From NCBI GenBank assembly GCA_963676105.1, contig OY781039.1, positions 1,710,001 to 1,742,000 of the forward strand: a stretch of DNA of 32,000 nucleotides, read 5' to 3'. The DNA is from Erysipelotrichaceae bacterium. GTDB lineage: Bacteria > Bacillota_I > Bacilli_A > Erysipelotrichales > Erysipelotrichaceae. This document shows, piece by piece, positions 16,965 to 25,652 of this stretch; within the stretch, counting starts at the first letter, position 1, and each line of letters begins with the position of its first letter. The translations under genes were made by a program, and so were the position numbers. Below the pieces are notes generated by a model that worked only from the letters and a program-made list of their open reading frames with translations, did not search any database and was not told the origin of the DNA.

Positions 16965-17243
16965 CTATATAAACTGTGCAACTTTAATGCACTGTGCTAA
17001 CTTTCTATCAATGGAGTATCTTGCTCCAAATATTTCAATAATATAGTTATCTCCTAGATTAGAGATAACGGTTAATCGTTGTTTTGGATAACAGCCCAAG
17101 GTAAATAAAAACTGTCTTAGATCAGCATCATCACTATCCACTGTTTCAATGGAATATTGGGTATTAAGGGGAACTTGAGTGATATCGAATACATCTGGAT
17201 GTACAAAACGATCACGTCCCATATGTTTACGATGTCTATTCAT
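16965..17243 (-). CDS. feoA: FeoA-family protein (SH3-like ferrous iron transport accessory protein)
   Basis: 92 aa immediately upstream of feoB. The LGCYPKQRLTVISN...IIEIFGARYSIDRKLAQCIKV pattern is typical of FeoA. Its start overlaps the upstream regulator stop (ATGA). Confidence 0.8.
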   Translation of the reverse strand: MNRHRKHMGRDRFVHPDVFDITQVPLNTQYSIETVDSDDADLRQFLFTLGCYPKQRLTVISNLGDNYIIEIFGARYSIDRKLAQCIKVAQFI

Positions 17244-17647
17244 TTGATATCCTCTAGCGCAAAACGCATTTCATCTTTTATATTGATATTTAACTTTTTC
17301 TCAATCGCCGATAACATATCGTCTGTAATAATATGTTCCATTCGACAAGCGTTCTCTTCAGCTTCCTCTGCACTTAAATCTAAATCAAGTTCTAGATATT
17401 TTGTGAGCACTTTATGTTTGTATAAGATATGTGTCGCAAGCTCTCTTCCTGAGTCAGTTAAAAAAACAGGTCCGTAGTTTTCCTGTGTAATATAATCTTT
17501 CTTTTTTAAGCTGTTAATGGCTTTTGTGACAGAAGCCTTACTGACCTGTAGTAAATCAGCGATTTCTTTAACATGTGCATGACCTTCGTTGTTCTCTAAT
17601 AGAAGAATTGTTTTTAGGTACATTTCACTTGAATCATGATGTTTCAT
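17240..17647 (-). CDS. DtxR/MntR-family metal-dependent transcriptional regulator
   Basis: SEMYLKTILLLENNEGHAHVKEIADLLQVSKASVTKAINSLKKKDYI (winged HTH), followed by HILYKHKVLTKYL...EENACRMEHIITDDM (metal-binding/dimerisation helices). The ATG at 17647 is preferred over the tracked TTG at 17653. Confidence 0.85.
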   Translation of the reverse strand: MKHHDSSEMYLKTILLLENNEGHAHVKEIADLLQVSKASVTKAINSLKKKDYITQENYGPVFLTDSGRELATHILYKHKVLTKYLELDLDLSAEEAEENACRMEHIITDDMLSAIEKKLNINIKDEMRFALEDIK

Positions 17648-17651
17648 GGGC

Positions 17652-17673
17652 AAAGTTTACCATGGTTAACTTT
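17652..17673. promoter_or_regulatory. Near-perfect 22-bp palindrome directly upstream of the dtxR-feo operon; candidate metalloregulator operator
   Basis: AAAGTTTACCATGGTTAACTTT differs from its reverse complement at one symmetric pair of positions. It ends 5 nt before the regulator ATG. Confidence 0.45.
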
Positions 17674-17827
17674 TACTGTAAACACTTATTATGAGAATTT
17701 CTTAACAATTCTTTTCGCATGATAAAAAAGACATAAATTGCACAAAATAAAGCGTTCTCGTAATCGCTTGGAAAACATTTTCAAATCAATTGTTTATAAT
17801 AGTATGGGTAAAAAAGAGGAACTAACA

Positions 17828-18400
17828 ATGAAAAAACGATTATATCTCATGCGTCATGGACAAACTTTATTTAACTTAAGACACAAAATTCAAGGACACT
17901 GTGATAGTCCTTTAACAGAACTTGGAAAACAACAAGCTTTAAAATCTAAGTGCTTTATCGATACTGTTGATATTGATCATGCTTACTCATCAACATCAGA
18001 AAGAGCGGTCGATACGATTGAGTTAGTGCTAGATGGAAGACTTCCATATACCAGATTAAAAGAAGTTAAAGAGATGAACTTTGGGACTTTCGAAGGAGAA
18101 AGTGAAGATTTAAATCCAAAAGATCGAATTAAACAACATGATTTCTTTGTGCCTTATGGGGGTGAAGATCGATTCGATGTTCAAAAAAGAATGGTTGATA
18201 AACTAACATCTCTTATGGAAGAAAACGATCATCAAAATGTATTAGTGGTTTCTCATGCAGGGGCATCTATGGGGTTTTTGTCTCAGTGGCATGATCCACG
18301 TGAAATATTACCTAACATGTTTCCAAATGGGACTGTACTCGTTTTTGAATATGAAAATAAAGCCTTTTCGATTGTAGATGTACATTATCCTATCTTATAG
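17828..18400 (+). CDS. Histidine phosphatase superfamily protein (phosphoglycerate mutase-like / cofactor-dependent branch)
   Basis: RLYLMRHGQTLFN (catalytic RHG), SERAVDT and VVSHAG. The ATG at 17828 with an upstream AGAGGA is preferred over the tracked 17738. Confidence 0.85.
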   Translation: MKKRLYLMRHGQTLFNLRHKIQGHCDSPLTELGKQQALKSKCFIDTVDIDHAYSSTSERAVDTIELVLDGRLPYTRLKEVKEMNFGTFEGESEDLNPKDRIKQHDFFVPYGGEDRFDVQKRMVDKLTSLMEENDHQNVLVVSHAGASMGFLSQWHDPREILPNMFPNGTVLVFEYENKAFSIVDVHYPIL

Positions 18401-18500
18401 TTGTGATAAATACTTTTAAAAACACATATACAAGTTTTTTTACAAATTGCCTATGTTAAAATAAATATATATAAATTAGATAGGACAAAAGGCTATTTTT

Positions 18501-21500
18501 GTGGTCAATGAAAGTAATTTAAAGAAACAAGCACGTAAAGAGTTATCTCAATACGAAGGTAATGCGAGGAATTATATTCGAGCTTTAGAAGAACTTCAAG
18601 CTGGATTGTGGTTTTGGGATATCAAAAATAATGTGACGAATGTGAATGACCGTTGGGCACAAAATTTAGGTTATACAAAAGAAGAAATCAGAAAACTTTG
18701 TCCTGACACCTGTAAAGATTTAGTTCATAGTGATGATCAAGAATTGTTTAGGTCAAATATAAACGCATGTAAAGATAGAAAACTCGATCACTTTAAAGTG
18801 ACCTTAAGAATGTTGCATAAAAATGGCAACTATATTCTGATGGAGAATATGGTTCAAGTTTTAGAAAAAGATGAGAGTGGATATCCATCTGTTCTTTTCG
18901 CGACCCAAATAGATGTCAGTGAATATTTTGAACGTGAACAAAAAACGGTTATACAAAAAACATCGGATATTATTGAACTAGCACCTTTTCCCATTGTCAT
19001 ATCTGATATGGAAACAAATACCCTTGTTTATGCGAATAAGCGGGCTAAGGATGCCTATGCCTTAGGTGAGGATCAAGGGATAGGATCACCAAGTGTAGAT
19101 TTTTATGTTCATAAAGACGACCGGTCACAATTTATTTCTATATTGACAACAGAGGGTTCTGTCTATGATTTTGAAGCGGAACTCTATGATTATCAAAAAA
19201 ATAAATATTGGGCATTGATGTCTGCGACCATTATTGATTTTCATGGGAAACCAAGTATTGTCGTGTCTATTAATGATATCAATAAGCGTAAACACGCAGA
19301 ATTAGAGCTTGCAGAAGAGAAGAAAAACTATCAATTATTAACAGAATCCATCTCTGATGTTATTTGGGTTTATGACTTAGAAAATCAAAAACTTGAATAC
19401 ATGAGTCCATCTATTACAGCGATTACTGGATTTACACCCGAAGAGACAATGACTTTGCCGACGGCAGCTCTTATTACAGAAGAAGTTCGTATAGGCTTTA
19501 TGGCAAATTTAGAGAATGCCGCTAAACAGTTTAAGCGTAATGGAAATATTCCCGTCGAAATTACACAAGAAGTTAAACTACTCAAAAAAGATGGAACAGA
19601 TGTTTGGACTGAACATGTCTTAAAAATTGTTAAAGACAAAGATGATCAAATACGCGTTATTGGAGTTACTCGAAACATTGAGGATCGTAAACGTACAGAA
19701 AACTATATTGAATATTTAAACACTCATGATCAATTAACAGGACTTTTAAATAAGACAGCTTTTAGATTATTTGAGCTTGAGTATTCAAGTATGGACAATG
19801 ATTACGCTATTTTCTTTATAGACTTAGATAATTTTGGGGTGGTTAATGATGCGATAGGACATAGAGAAGGTGATTCTATCATCGTTAATATTGCCTCTAA
19901 AATTGTTAAGAGTATGGCTGATCGTGGTCGTGTATTTAGGTATGAAGGTGATGAATTTGTCATCTTTATCCCAAGTGCAAACAAAGATTATCTACAGGCA
20001 ATTTCTTCAGATCTTGTTCGCTTTATTACGACTGAAGCTCGTGTAAAAGACAATGCCTATATTTTAACCGCAAGTATTGGGATTGCGGTGGGTGAAGAAA
20101 ACTTAACCATGGATCGCGTGTTAAACAATGCCGCATCTGCCTTGCACATCGCAAAACACATACGTAATAGCGTGCGCTTTTATACACCGAATATGGATGA
20201 TTTACAACGACGTGAAGTTATCTTAGAAAAAGATTTACCCAACGCCTTATTAAAAAATCAATTAAAGGTTTTCTATCAACCAATCTATGATGTAAGAAAA
20301 GGGACTATTTCTCAATTTGAAGCCCTATTAAGGTGGGAACATCCAGAACTTGGTTTAGTTGGTCCAAATGAATTTATTTCAATTGCGGAAAAGAATAATT
20401 ATATAATCCCCATTACTGAGTGGGTTTATAGAGAAGTATTAACTTGTATTAAAAACTTTGAAAATAGTGGTCATGAAAACATCAGCATGTCTGTTAACTT
20501 TTCAATTCTTGCCTTTACCAATCGAGTCGATAATTTAATTAATTTTGTAAATTACGCACATGAAGAATCAGGGGTTGCGCCATCTAAGATATTTGTTGAA
20601 ATCACAGAATCAATGGTTGTCCAAAACTCAAAAGATTTAATTCGTGCGATTAGTGAACTTAAAGCTTTAGGTATTCGTTTTGAATTAGATGATTTTGGGA
20701 CAGGTTACTCAACCTTTGGTAAAATCAAAGAACTACCTTTAAATGTCGCGAAAATTGATCGTTCCCTCATTAACAATGTTGATACCGACAAAAAGGCATT
20801 TATGATTGTGGATACCATGATTTCTGTCTTGCATAGTTTAGAACTGGAAGTTGTGATTGAAGGGGTTGAAACAGTCAAACAATTTGAAACCTTGGTTGCG
20901 TTAGCACCAGATTATATTCAAGGTTTCCTTTTCAGCAAGCCTGTACCTAGCGGTGAAACATTAAGCTATTTAAATAAAACAAATGAATTTGATGGTTTAC
21001 CTGTGGTCTATCGTTTTAATGAGAATAACACTGCAGTTCATTGGCGTGAAGAATGGAATTGTGGGATTGAAGAAATTGATCAGGAGCACCGTGAACTTTA
21101 TAAAGCGGTAAACTATATTGATTTATATAAAAATGATTTAGCACATCAAGATGAATTGAACGATGACTTTTATCAAAAGTTGATTGATCGCATTGCCCAA
21201 CATTTTGATGATGAGGAAGAAATATTAAAAGAACATAAGTTTCCACAACTTGATAAACATTCAGATATTCATCAAGAACTTTTAGATAAGGTCACAGCTT
21301 TGTTTGAAGCACAGAAAAAAGATAGAACCAAGAAGGATGAGTTTATCCATTTCTTAACGGAAAGCTACATTGTGGATCATATTTTATACGATGATTCTTT
21401 GTTTATTCGCTTTTTAAACGATCCTGAAGCACCACTCACAAATCTTATTTTTGTGGATGATTATAAAGACCCAGTGGATTCAAATGATGCAGGACATTAT

Positions 21501-23219
21501 CGAAGAAAACTTAAAGAAAGTGTAGATTTACAGAATTTACTATCTGAAATATCACATAGTTTAATGATGGTTAATGCACAAAATTTTGATGATAAGGTAA
21601 ATGATGCGCTTAAACGTTGTGCTAATTTTGTAAAGGCAGATCGCGCTTATATTTTTACCTATGATTTTGATAAAAATACGACAAGTAATACCCATGAATA
21701 TTGTCAGGAAAATATCAGTCCTGAAATTGATAATTTACAGGATGTACCACTTGAATATGTGCCAGACTGGGTTCAATCACATTTACATGGTAAGACTATT
21801 AATATTTATGATGTAAAAGCACTACCTAAAGATAGTGGTTTAAGAGAACTTTTAGAGCCTCAGGGAATTTGGAGTATACTCACAACGCCAATGATGATTA
21901 ATGATATTCCGTTTGGATTTATGGGTTTTGATTCAGTTATGAAACATCATTTATACACGGATTATGAACGAGCCATCTTAAGTGAAATCAGTAATGTCAT
22001 TTTGGTAGCTTTTAAAAGAACCGCTGATCAAATTAAGTTAGATAAAGAAAAAGATTTATATTCCAATACACTCTTATCACTAAATGAGGGGATTATCGTT
22101 ATAAATGAGCATTATGTTGTCGAGTTCTGTAATAAGGCTGCCAAGGATATTTTTGGAATTCACGTAAGTTCATTAAAAGGCATTAATATCAATGAAGGAT
22201 TTAAAATCTATGATTTTATGACTCAGAAACAAATTAATATTGATTGGGATGTGCTTAATAAAAACAAAGCCTTTAATTTCCCAGGAAACTGTTTTGTGAA
22301 AACACCAAAAGGTGAAATTCGTTTTATTGAAGGTAGTATTAAAATCAATGAAGATCATGGTTATTTAATAAACTTTAGAGATATTAGTTTTAAAAAAGAA
22401 AATGAACGATTAGCTGAGGCTTTCTTTACCATGAATTCCGATTTATTCTTTGTCGGTAACTTTGATGGTTTCTTTGAACGTGTCAACAATCGATTTAAAG
22501 ATGTTTTAGGTTATAGTTCTCAAGATTTAAATGGATCTAAAATACTTGATACTGTACACCCTGATGATGTTGAAATGACACAAAATGAAATAGTGAATTT
22601 AGCTAAGGGCAAAGTTGTTAATAATTTTGTCGTTAGATCAGTCGGAAAAGATGGAAAAATTAGAAGTATTGAGTGGAGTGCTCAAAAAGGTATATCTAAT
22701 CAATTCTATGCGACCGGTCGTGATGTGACAGATCGTATTGAAGTTGATGCAGAAAAAGAATACTTAACTTATCATGACGTGATGACTGATCTATATAATC
22801 GCAGATATATTGAAGATGTGTTTAAACGTTTTGATTTAGATGAATCAAGCTTACCATTGTCGATTATTAGTTGTGATGTAGATCATCTCAAAACAATTAA
22901 TGATACACATGGTCACGCAATTGGAGATGAGGCAATTCTTGAAGCTTCTCGCATATTAAGACATAATTGTCGTCCAACTGATATTGTTGCGCGCTATGGT
23001 GGGGATGAATTTATGATTATTCTTCCAAATACAAAAGCTGTGTATGCGCAAAAAATTGTTGATCGTATTCATGAACATAAATCAATGACATCAAATAAAG
23101 TTGAAGTGACTTTATCAGCTGGAACATCAACACGAAATAGTTTTGAAGTTGGAATGGATGAAACAATCCGTAGTGCAGATGCACATATGTACCGAAATAA
23201 ACGCGCAAAAGTGAAATAA
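18501..23219 (+). CDS. 1572-aa multidomain c-di-GMP signalling protein: PAS x3, degenerate GGDEF (EGDEF), EAL, hemerythrin-like, GAF, PAS x2, GGDEF (with I-site)
   Basis: Motifs located in the nucleotide sequence are listed here.
- First cyclase-like domain: HDQLTGL at 19725 and YEGDEF at 19941-19958.
- EAL domain: EAL (QFEALLRW) at 20319-20327, plus VEITES, ELDDFGTGYS, KIDRS, EGVET and QGFLFSKP.
- Hemerythrin ligand set at 21036-21410: IDQEH, HFDDE, HSDIH, DHILYDD.
- GAF region: FVKADRAYIFTYD...GFMGFDSV.
- Terminal cyclase: RPTD at 22971-22982, five residues before GGDEF at 22998-23012.
The start is a GTG with a weak ribosome binding site. Confidence 0.9.
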   Translation: MVNESNLKKQARKELSQYEGNARNYIRALEELQAGLWFWDIKNNVTNVNDRWAQNLGYTKEEIRKLCPDTCKDLVHSDDQELFRSNINACKDRKLDHFKVTLRMLHKNGNYILMENMVQVLEKDESGYPSVLFATQIDVSEYFEREQKTVIQKTSDIIELAPFPIVISDMETNTLVYANKRAKDAYALGEDQGIGSPSVDFYVHKDDRSQFISILTTEGSVYDFEAELYDYQKNKYWALMSATIIDFHGKPSIVVSINDINKRKHAELELAEEKKNYQLLTESISDVIWVYDLENQKLEYMSPSITAITGFTPEETMTLPTAALITEEVRIGFMANLENAAKQFKRNGNIPVEITQEVKLLKKDGTDVWTEHVLKIVKDKDDQIRVIGVTRNIEDRKRTENYIEYLNTHDQLTGLLNKTAFRLFELEYSSMDNDYAIFFIDLDNFGVVNDAIGHREGDSIIVNIASKIVKSMADRGRVFRYEGDEFVIFIPSANKDYLQAISSDLVRFITTEARVKDNAYILTASIGIAVGEENLTMDRVLNNAASALHIAKHIRNSVRFYTPNMDDLQRREVILEKDLPNALLKNQLKVFYQPIYDVRKGTISQFEALLRWEHPELGLVGPNEFISIAEKNNYIIPITEWVYREVLTCIKNFENSGHENISMSVNFSILAFTNRVDNLINFVNYAHEESGVAPSKIFVEITESMVVQNSKDLIRAISELKALGIRFELDDFGTGYSTFGKIKELPLNVAKIDRSLINNVDTDKKAFMIVDTMISVLHSLELEVVIEGVETVKQFETLVALAPDYIQGFLFSKPVPSGETLSYLNKTNEFDGLPVVYRFNENNTAVHWREEWNCGIEEIDQEHRELYKAVNYIDLYKNDLAHQDELNDDFYQKLIDRIAQHFDDEEEILKEHKFPQLDKHSDIHQELLDKVTALFEAQKKDRTKKDEFIHFLTESYIVDHILYDDSLFIRFLNDPEAPLTNLIFVDDYKDPVDSNDAGHYRRKLKESVDLQNLLSEISHSLMMVNAQNFDDKVNDALKRCANFVKADRAYIFTYDFDKNTTSNTHEYCQENISPEIDNLQDVPLEYVPDWVQSHLHGKTINIYDVKALPKDSGLRELLEPQGIWSILTTPMMINDIPFGFMGFDSVMKHHLYTDYERAILSEISNVILVAFKRTADQIKLDKEKDLYSNTLLSLNEGIIVINEHYVVEFCNKAAKDIFGIHVSSLKGININEGFKIYDFMTQKQINIDWDVLNKNKAFNFPGNCFVKTPKGEIRFIEGSIKINEDHGYLINFRDISFKKENERLAEAFFTMNSDLFFVGNFDGFFERVNNRFKDVLGYSSQDLNGSKILDTVHPDDVEMTQNEIVNLAKGKVVNNFVVRSVGKDGKIRSIEWSAQKGISNQFYATGRDVTDRIEVDAEKEYLTYHDVMTDLYNRRYIEDVFKRFDLDESSLPLSIISCDVDHLKTINDTHGHAIGDEAILEASRILRHNCRPTDIVARYGGDEFMIILPNTKAVYAQKIVDRIHEHKSMTSNKVEVTLSAGTSTRNSFEVGMDETIRSADAHMYRNKRAKVK

Positions 23220-23242
23220 TTTGCCAAAAATCATTTAGTGTA

Positions 23243-23271
23243 TTGACCTAGAGTGCACTCCAAGGTATAAA
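23243..23271 (+). promoter_or_regulatory. Candidate promoter of the MFS gene with a palindromic operator in the spacer
   Basis: TTGACC (23243-23248), a 17-nt spacer, then TATAAA (23266-23271). The spacer contains the perfect 10-bp palindrome GAGTGCACTC (23251-23260), flanked by ACCT/AGGT. Confidence 0.45.
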
Positions 23272-23300
23272 ATAGCGTAGTTGAAAATTGAGGAATAAAT

Positions 23301-24461
23301 ATGAGTGATAAAAGAGTTCTTATACCCTTTGTATTGATTACGGCTTCTACGTTTTTTCTAAGTATTGCATTACAGATGAGTTTACCGAGTTTTTCGGTTT
23401 ATCTAAACTCTCTAGATTTCCCATTAGCTTATATCGGCATGGTCTCATTGTCAGTGGCATTTGCGGCCATGTTTTTTAGACCTGTGTCTGCCTATTTAAA
23501 TAAAAAGATTGGATCTGTTGAAACCGCAATGTTAGGTGCAATCCTTTATAGTGTTGCCTTTTTAATTTTAATTCTAACTAAATATATACCTTTAGTTGTT
23601 TTTGCCCGAGTACTACAAGGGATTGGGATGGGTTTAGGTGTCACTGTTTTAGGTGGTATGATTGCGGTCATTATGCCGGATGAAGAACTTCTAAAAGGGA
23701 TGAATATCTATTCCTTGTTTGCCGCATCCACAGGAGCGATTGGCCCTTATATTGGAATGTTTTTAATTTTTGGTGATGATTTTAATCCATTGTTTATATC
23801 AGCATTGGCTGCATCTATCTTAGGTTTTCTTATTTTAGTTTATTTACATTTTAAAGTTCATTTACCAATGCCTGAAGACATCCATACTCAAAAAAGTGGT
23901 GTACCAATATGGAAAAGTAGTGCTCTATTTCCAGCCATCTCTGGTCATTTTTTAGCGATGGTCAATGCGGCCATTGTATCCTATATATCTTTATATGCCT
24001 TTGAGATTGGGATTGATAATGTAGGATTCTACTTCTTATTAAACTTTGTAGGTTTACTCATTTCACGTGTTGCCCTTCAACAAATGATTGTGCGTATGAG
24101 TTTAAGTAGTATCTTTCTAATCATGGGCTTTGGCTTTGGTGCTGTACTCTTCTCACTTACTTTATTTGATTCAGTTTTTGTATGGTCTATTATTTCTATC
24201 TTTAATGGCTTCTTCTTTAACTTTAGTTTTACTCTCATTAATACAATGGCACTTAAACGCGTTCCAATTTCCGATAAAACAGCTGCCAATGCATTTCTAT
24301 TTGTATGCTTAGATTTTGGTTTCTTCTTAGGTGGAATTTTATGGGGTCAAGTCGGTGATGCATTCTCACTTCAAAATATCTTTATCCTTGCCGGAGTTAT
24401 GATCATCATTACCCAAAGTATAAGTGCCTTTGTGATAAATCGAAAAAAGATTGAATTCTAA
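23301..24461 (+). CDS. Major facilitator superfamily transporter
   Basis: 386 aa with about 12 hydrophobic segments. An MFS-type loop motif lies between TM2 and TM3 (FFRPVSAYLNKKIGS). Substrate unknown. Confidence 0.75.
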   Translation: MSDKRVLIPFVLITASTFFLSIALQMSLPSFSVYLNSLDFPLAYIGMVSLSVAFAAMFFRPVSAYLNKKIGSVETAMLGAILYSVAFLILILTKYIPLVVFARVLQGIGMGLGVTVLGGMIAVIMPDEELLKGMNIYSLFAASTGAIGPYIGMFLIFGDDFNPLFISALAASILGFLILVYLHFKVHLPMPEDIHTQKSGVPIWKSSALFPAISGHFLAMVNAAIVSYISLYAFEIGIDNVGFYFLLNFVGLLISRVALQQMIVRMSLSSIFLIMGFGFGAVLFSLTLFDSVFVWSIISIFNGFFFNFSFTLINTMALKRVPISDKTAANAFLFVCLDFGFFLGGILWGQVGDAFSLQNIFILAGVMIIITQSISAFVINRKKIEF

Positions 24462-24537
24462 GCTAGTCATAATTAAAGAAATCATAAATTAAGTCCGTTA
24501 TACTTTGTGTAGCGGATTTTTATTTAGGAGGAACAAT

Positions 24538-25032
24538 ATGAGTTTCTATGATATTAGTGTCAGAAAAGTAAATCAAAATAAAGTATCCTTAAGCGAATAT
24601 AAAGGGAAAGCCCTACTTATTTTTAATAGTGCAAGTGCCTGTGGTTTTACACCGCAATATGAAGGACTTCAAAGATTATATGATAAGTATAAGGATAAAG
24701 GTTTGGAAGTTTTAGACTTTCCGTGTAATCAGTTTGGTAATCAAGCACCTGGCACAGATAGTGAACAAGCGCAATTTTGTCAGCTAAACTACAAAACAAA
24801 TTTTGAAACATTTGCCAAAGTTAAAGTGAATGGTAAAGAAACTGATCCATTATTTAAATATTTGAAAGATCATACCCCAAAACCTAAAGGCATAGGTGCT
24901 GTAATTCCTAAGTTAATTAAATGGAATTTTACTAAATTCTTAGTCGATCAAAATGGAAATGTTATTAATCGATACGAACCAACGACAACCCCTGAAGAGA
25001 TTGAAAAAGATATTGAAACCTTATTAATGTAA
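24538..25032 (+). CDS. gpx: Glutathione peroxidase family protein
   Basis: FYDISV...LSEYKGKALLIFNSASACGFTPQYEGLQRLY...VLDFPCNQFGNQAPG...IKWNFTKFLVD are the canonical Gpx catalytic Cys, NQFG and WNF motifs. The ATG at 24538 follows AGGAGG. Confidence 0.92.
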   Translation: MSFYDISVRKVNQNKVSLSEYKGKALLIFNSASACGFTPQYEGLQRLYDKYKDKGLEVLDFPCNQFGNQAPGTDSEQAQFCQLNYKTNFETFAKVKVNGKETDPLFKYLKDHTPKPKGIGAVIPKLIKWNFTKFLVDQNGNVINRYEPTTTPEEIEKDIETLLM

Positions 25033-25117
25033 AGATTTCTTAATAAATTGGTATATCGATATGAATCGATAATAAAATTAGGTAGAATAAGCGTGTATAA
25101 AAACGAGGTAAACAAAA

Positions 25118-25543
25118 ATGGTCAAAGTATTATTCGTATGTATTCATAACTCAGCTCGATCACAAATGGCAGAAGCCTATTTAAACAAAATGGGTGAAGG
25201 CAAATTCATCGCTGAATCAGCAGGTTTGGAAGCAGGCACAATGAATCCTGTTGTCGTTAAAGCGATGGCTGAAGAAGGTTATGATTTATCCAATAACTCA
25301 TGTGACTCAGTCTTTGACTTCCACAAAGAAGGTCGTAAGTATGATTTAGTGGTTAAAGTTTGTGATCAAATCAATGGTGAGAGATGTCCAATCTTCCCAG
25401 GAACGAAGGCAACCATGAACTGGAATCTTCAAGATCCATCAGGTTTAGATGGTGACGAAGAGGCTAAACTACAACGAACACGTGAGATTAGAGATCAAAT
25501 CAAAGTTCGTGTTCAAAATTTAATCGAAGAATTCGGTGACTAA
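25118..25543 (+). CDS. arsC: Low-molecular-weight phosphatase fold, thioredoxin-coupled arsenate reductase (ArsC) type
   Basis: P-loop VLFVCIHNSARSQMAE (CX5R-S) plus the Cys82/Cys90 pair (VKVCDQINGERCP), which aligns with the redox Cys pair of Gram-positive ArsC. No arsR or arsB lies nearby, so the physiological substrate is uncertain. Confidence 0.75.
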   Translation: MVKVLFVCIHNSARSQMAEAYLNKMGEGKFIAESAGLEAGTMNPVVVKAMAEEGYDLSNNSCDSVFDFHKEGRKYDLVVKVCDQINGERCPIFPGTKATMNWNLQDPSGLDGDEEAKLQRTREIRDQIKVRVQNLIEEFGD

Positions 25544-25568
25544 GATATCCTAGGATATCTTTTTTTTG
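25543..25568 (+). terminator. Rho-independent terminator after arsC
   Basis: Perfect 18-nt palindrome AGATATCCTAGGATATCT followed by a T8 run. Confidence 0.8.
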
Positions 25569-25652
25569 TTTTACTTGCGTTATCTATATTTAATACTTTT
25601 GTAACATTTAAAGATTAGACTTAAGCACGTAGTAGATAGGGAGGATTACTTT

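Noticed and set aside
17157-17477. 106-aa plus-strand ORF across feoA and dtxR
   Set aside because: It is antisense to two motif-supported genes and has a Ser/Ile-rich low-complexity translation.
19385-23208. Five short antisense ORFs (19385-19639, 19802-19984, 21016-21246, 22173-22358, 23017-23208) inside the 1572-aa gene
   Set aside because: All lie opposite continuous, domain-rich coding sequence. AT-rich DNA readily gives such shadow ORFs.
24077-24312. Two small ORFs overlapping the MFS gene
   Set aside because: They are shadow ORFs within hydrophobic TM-coding sequence, with no independent support.
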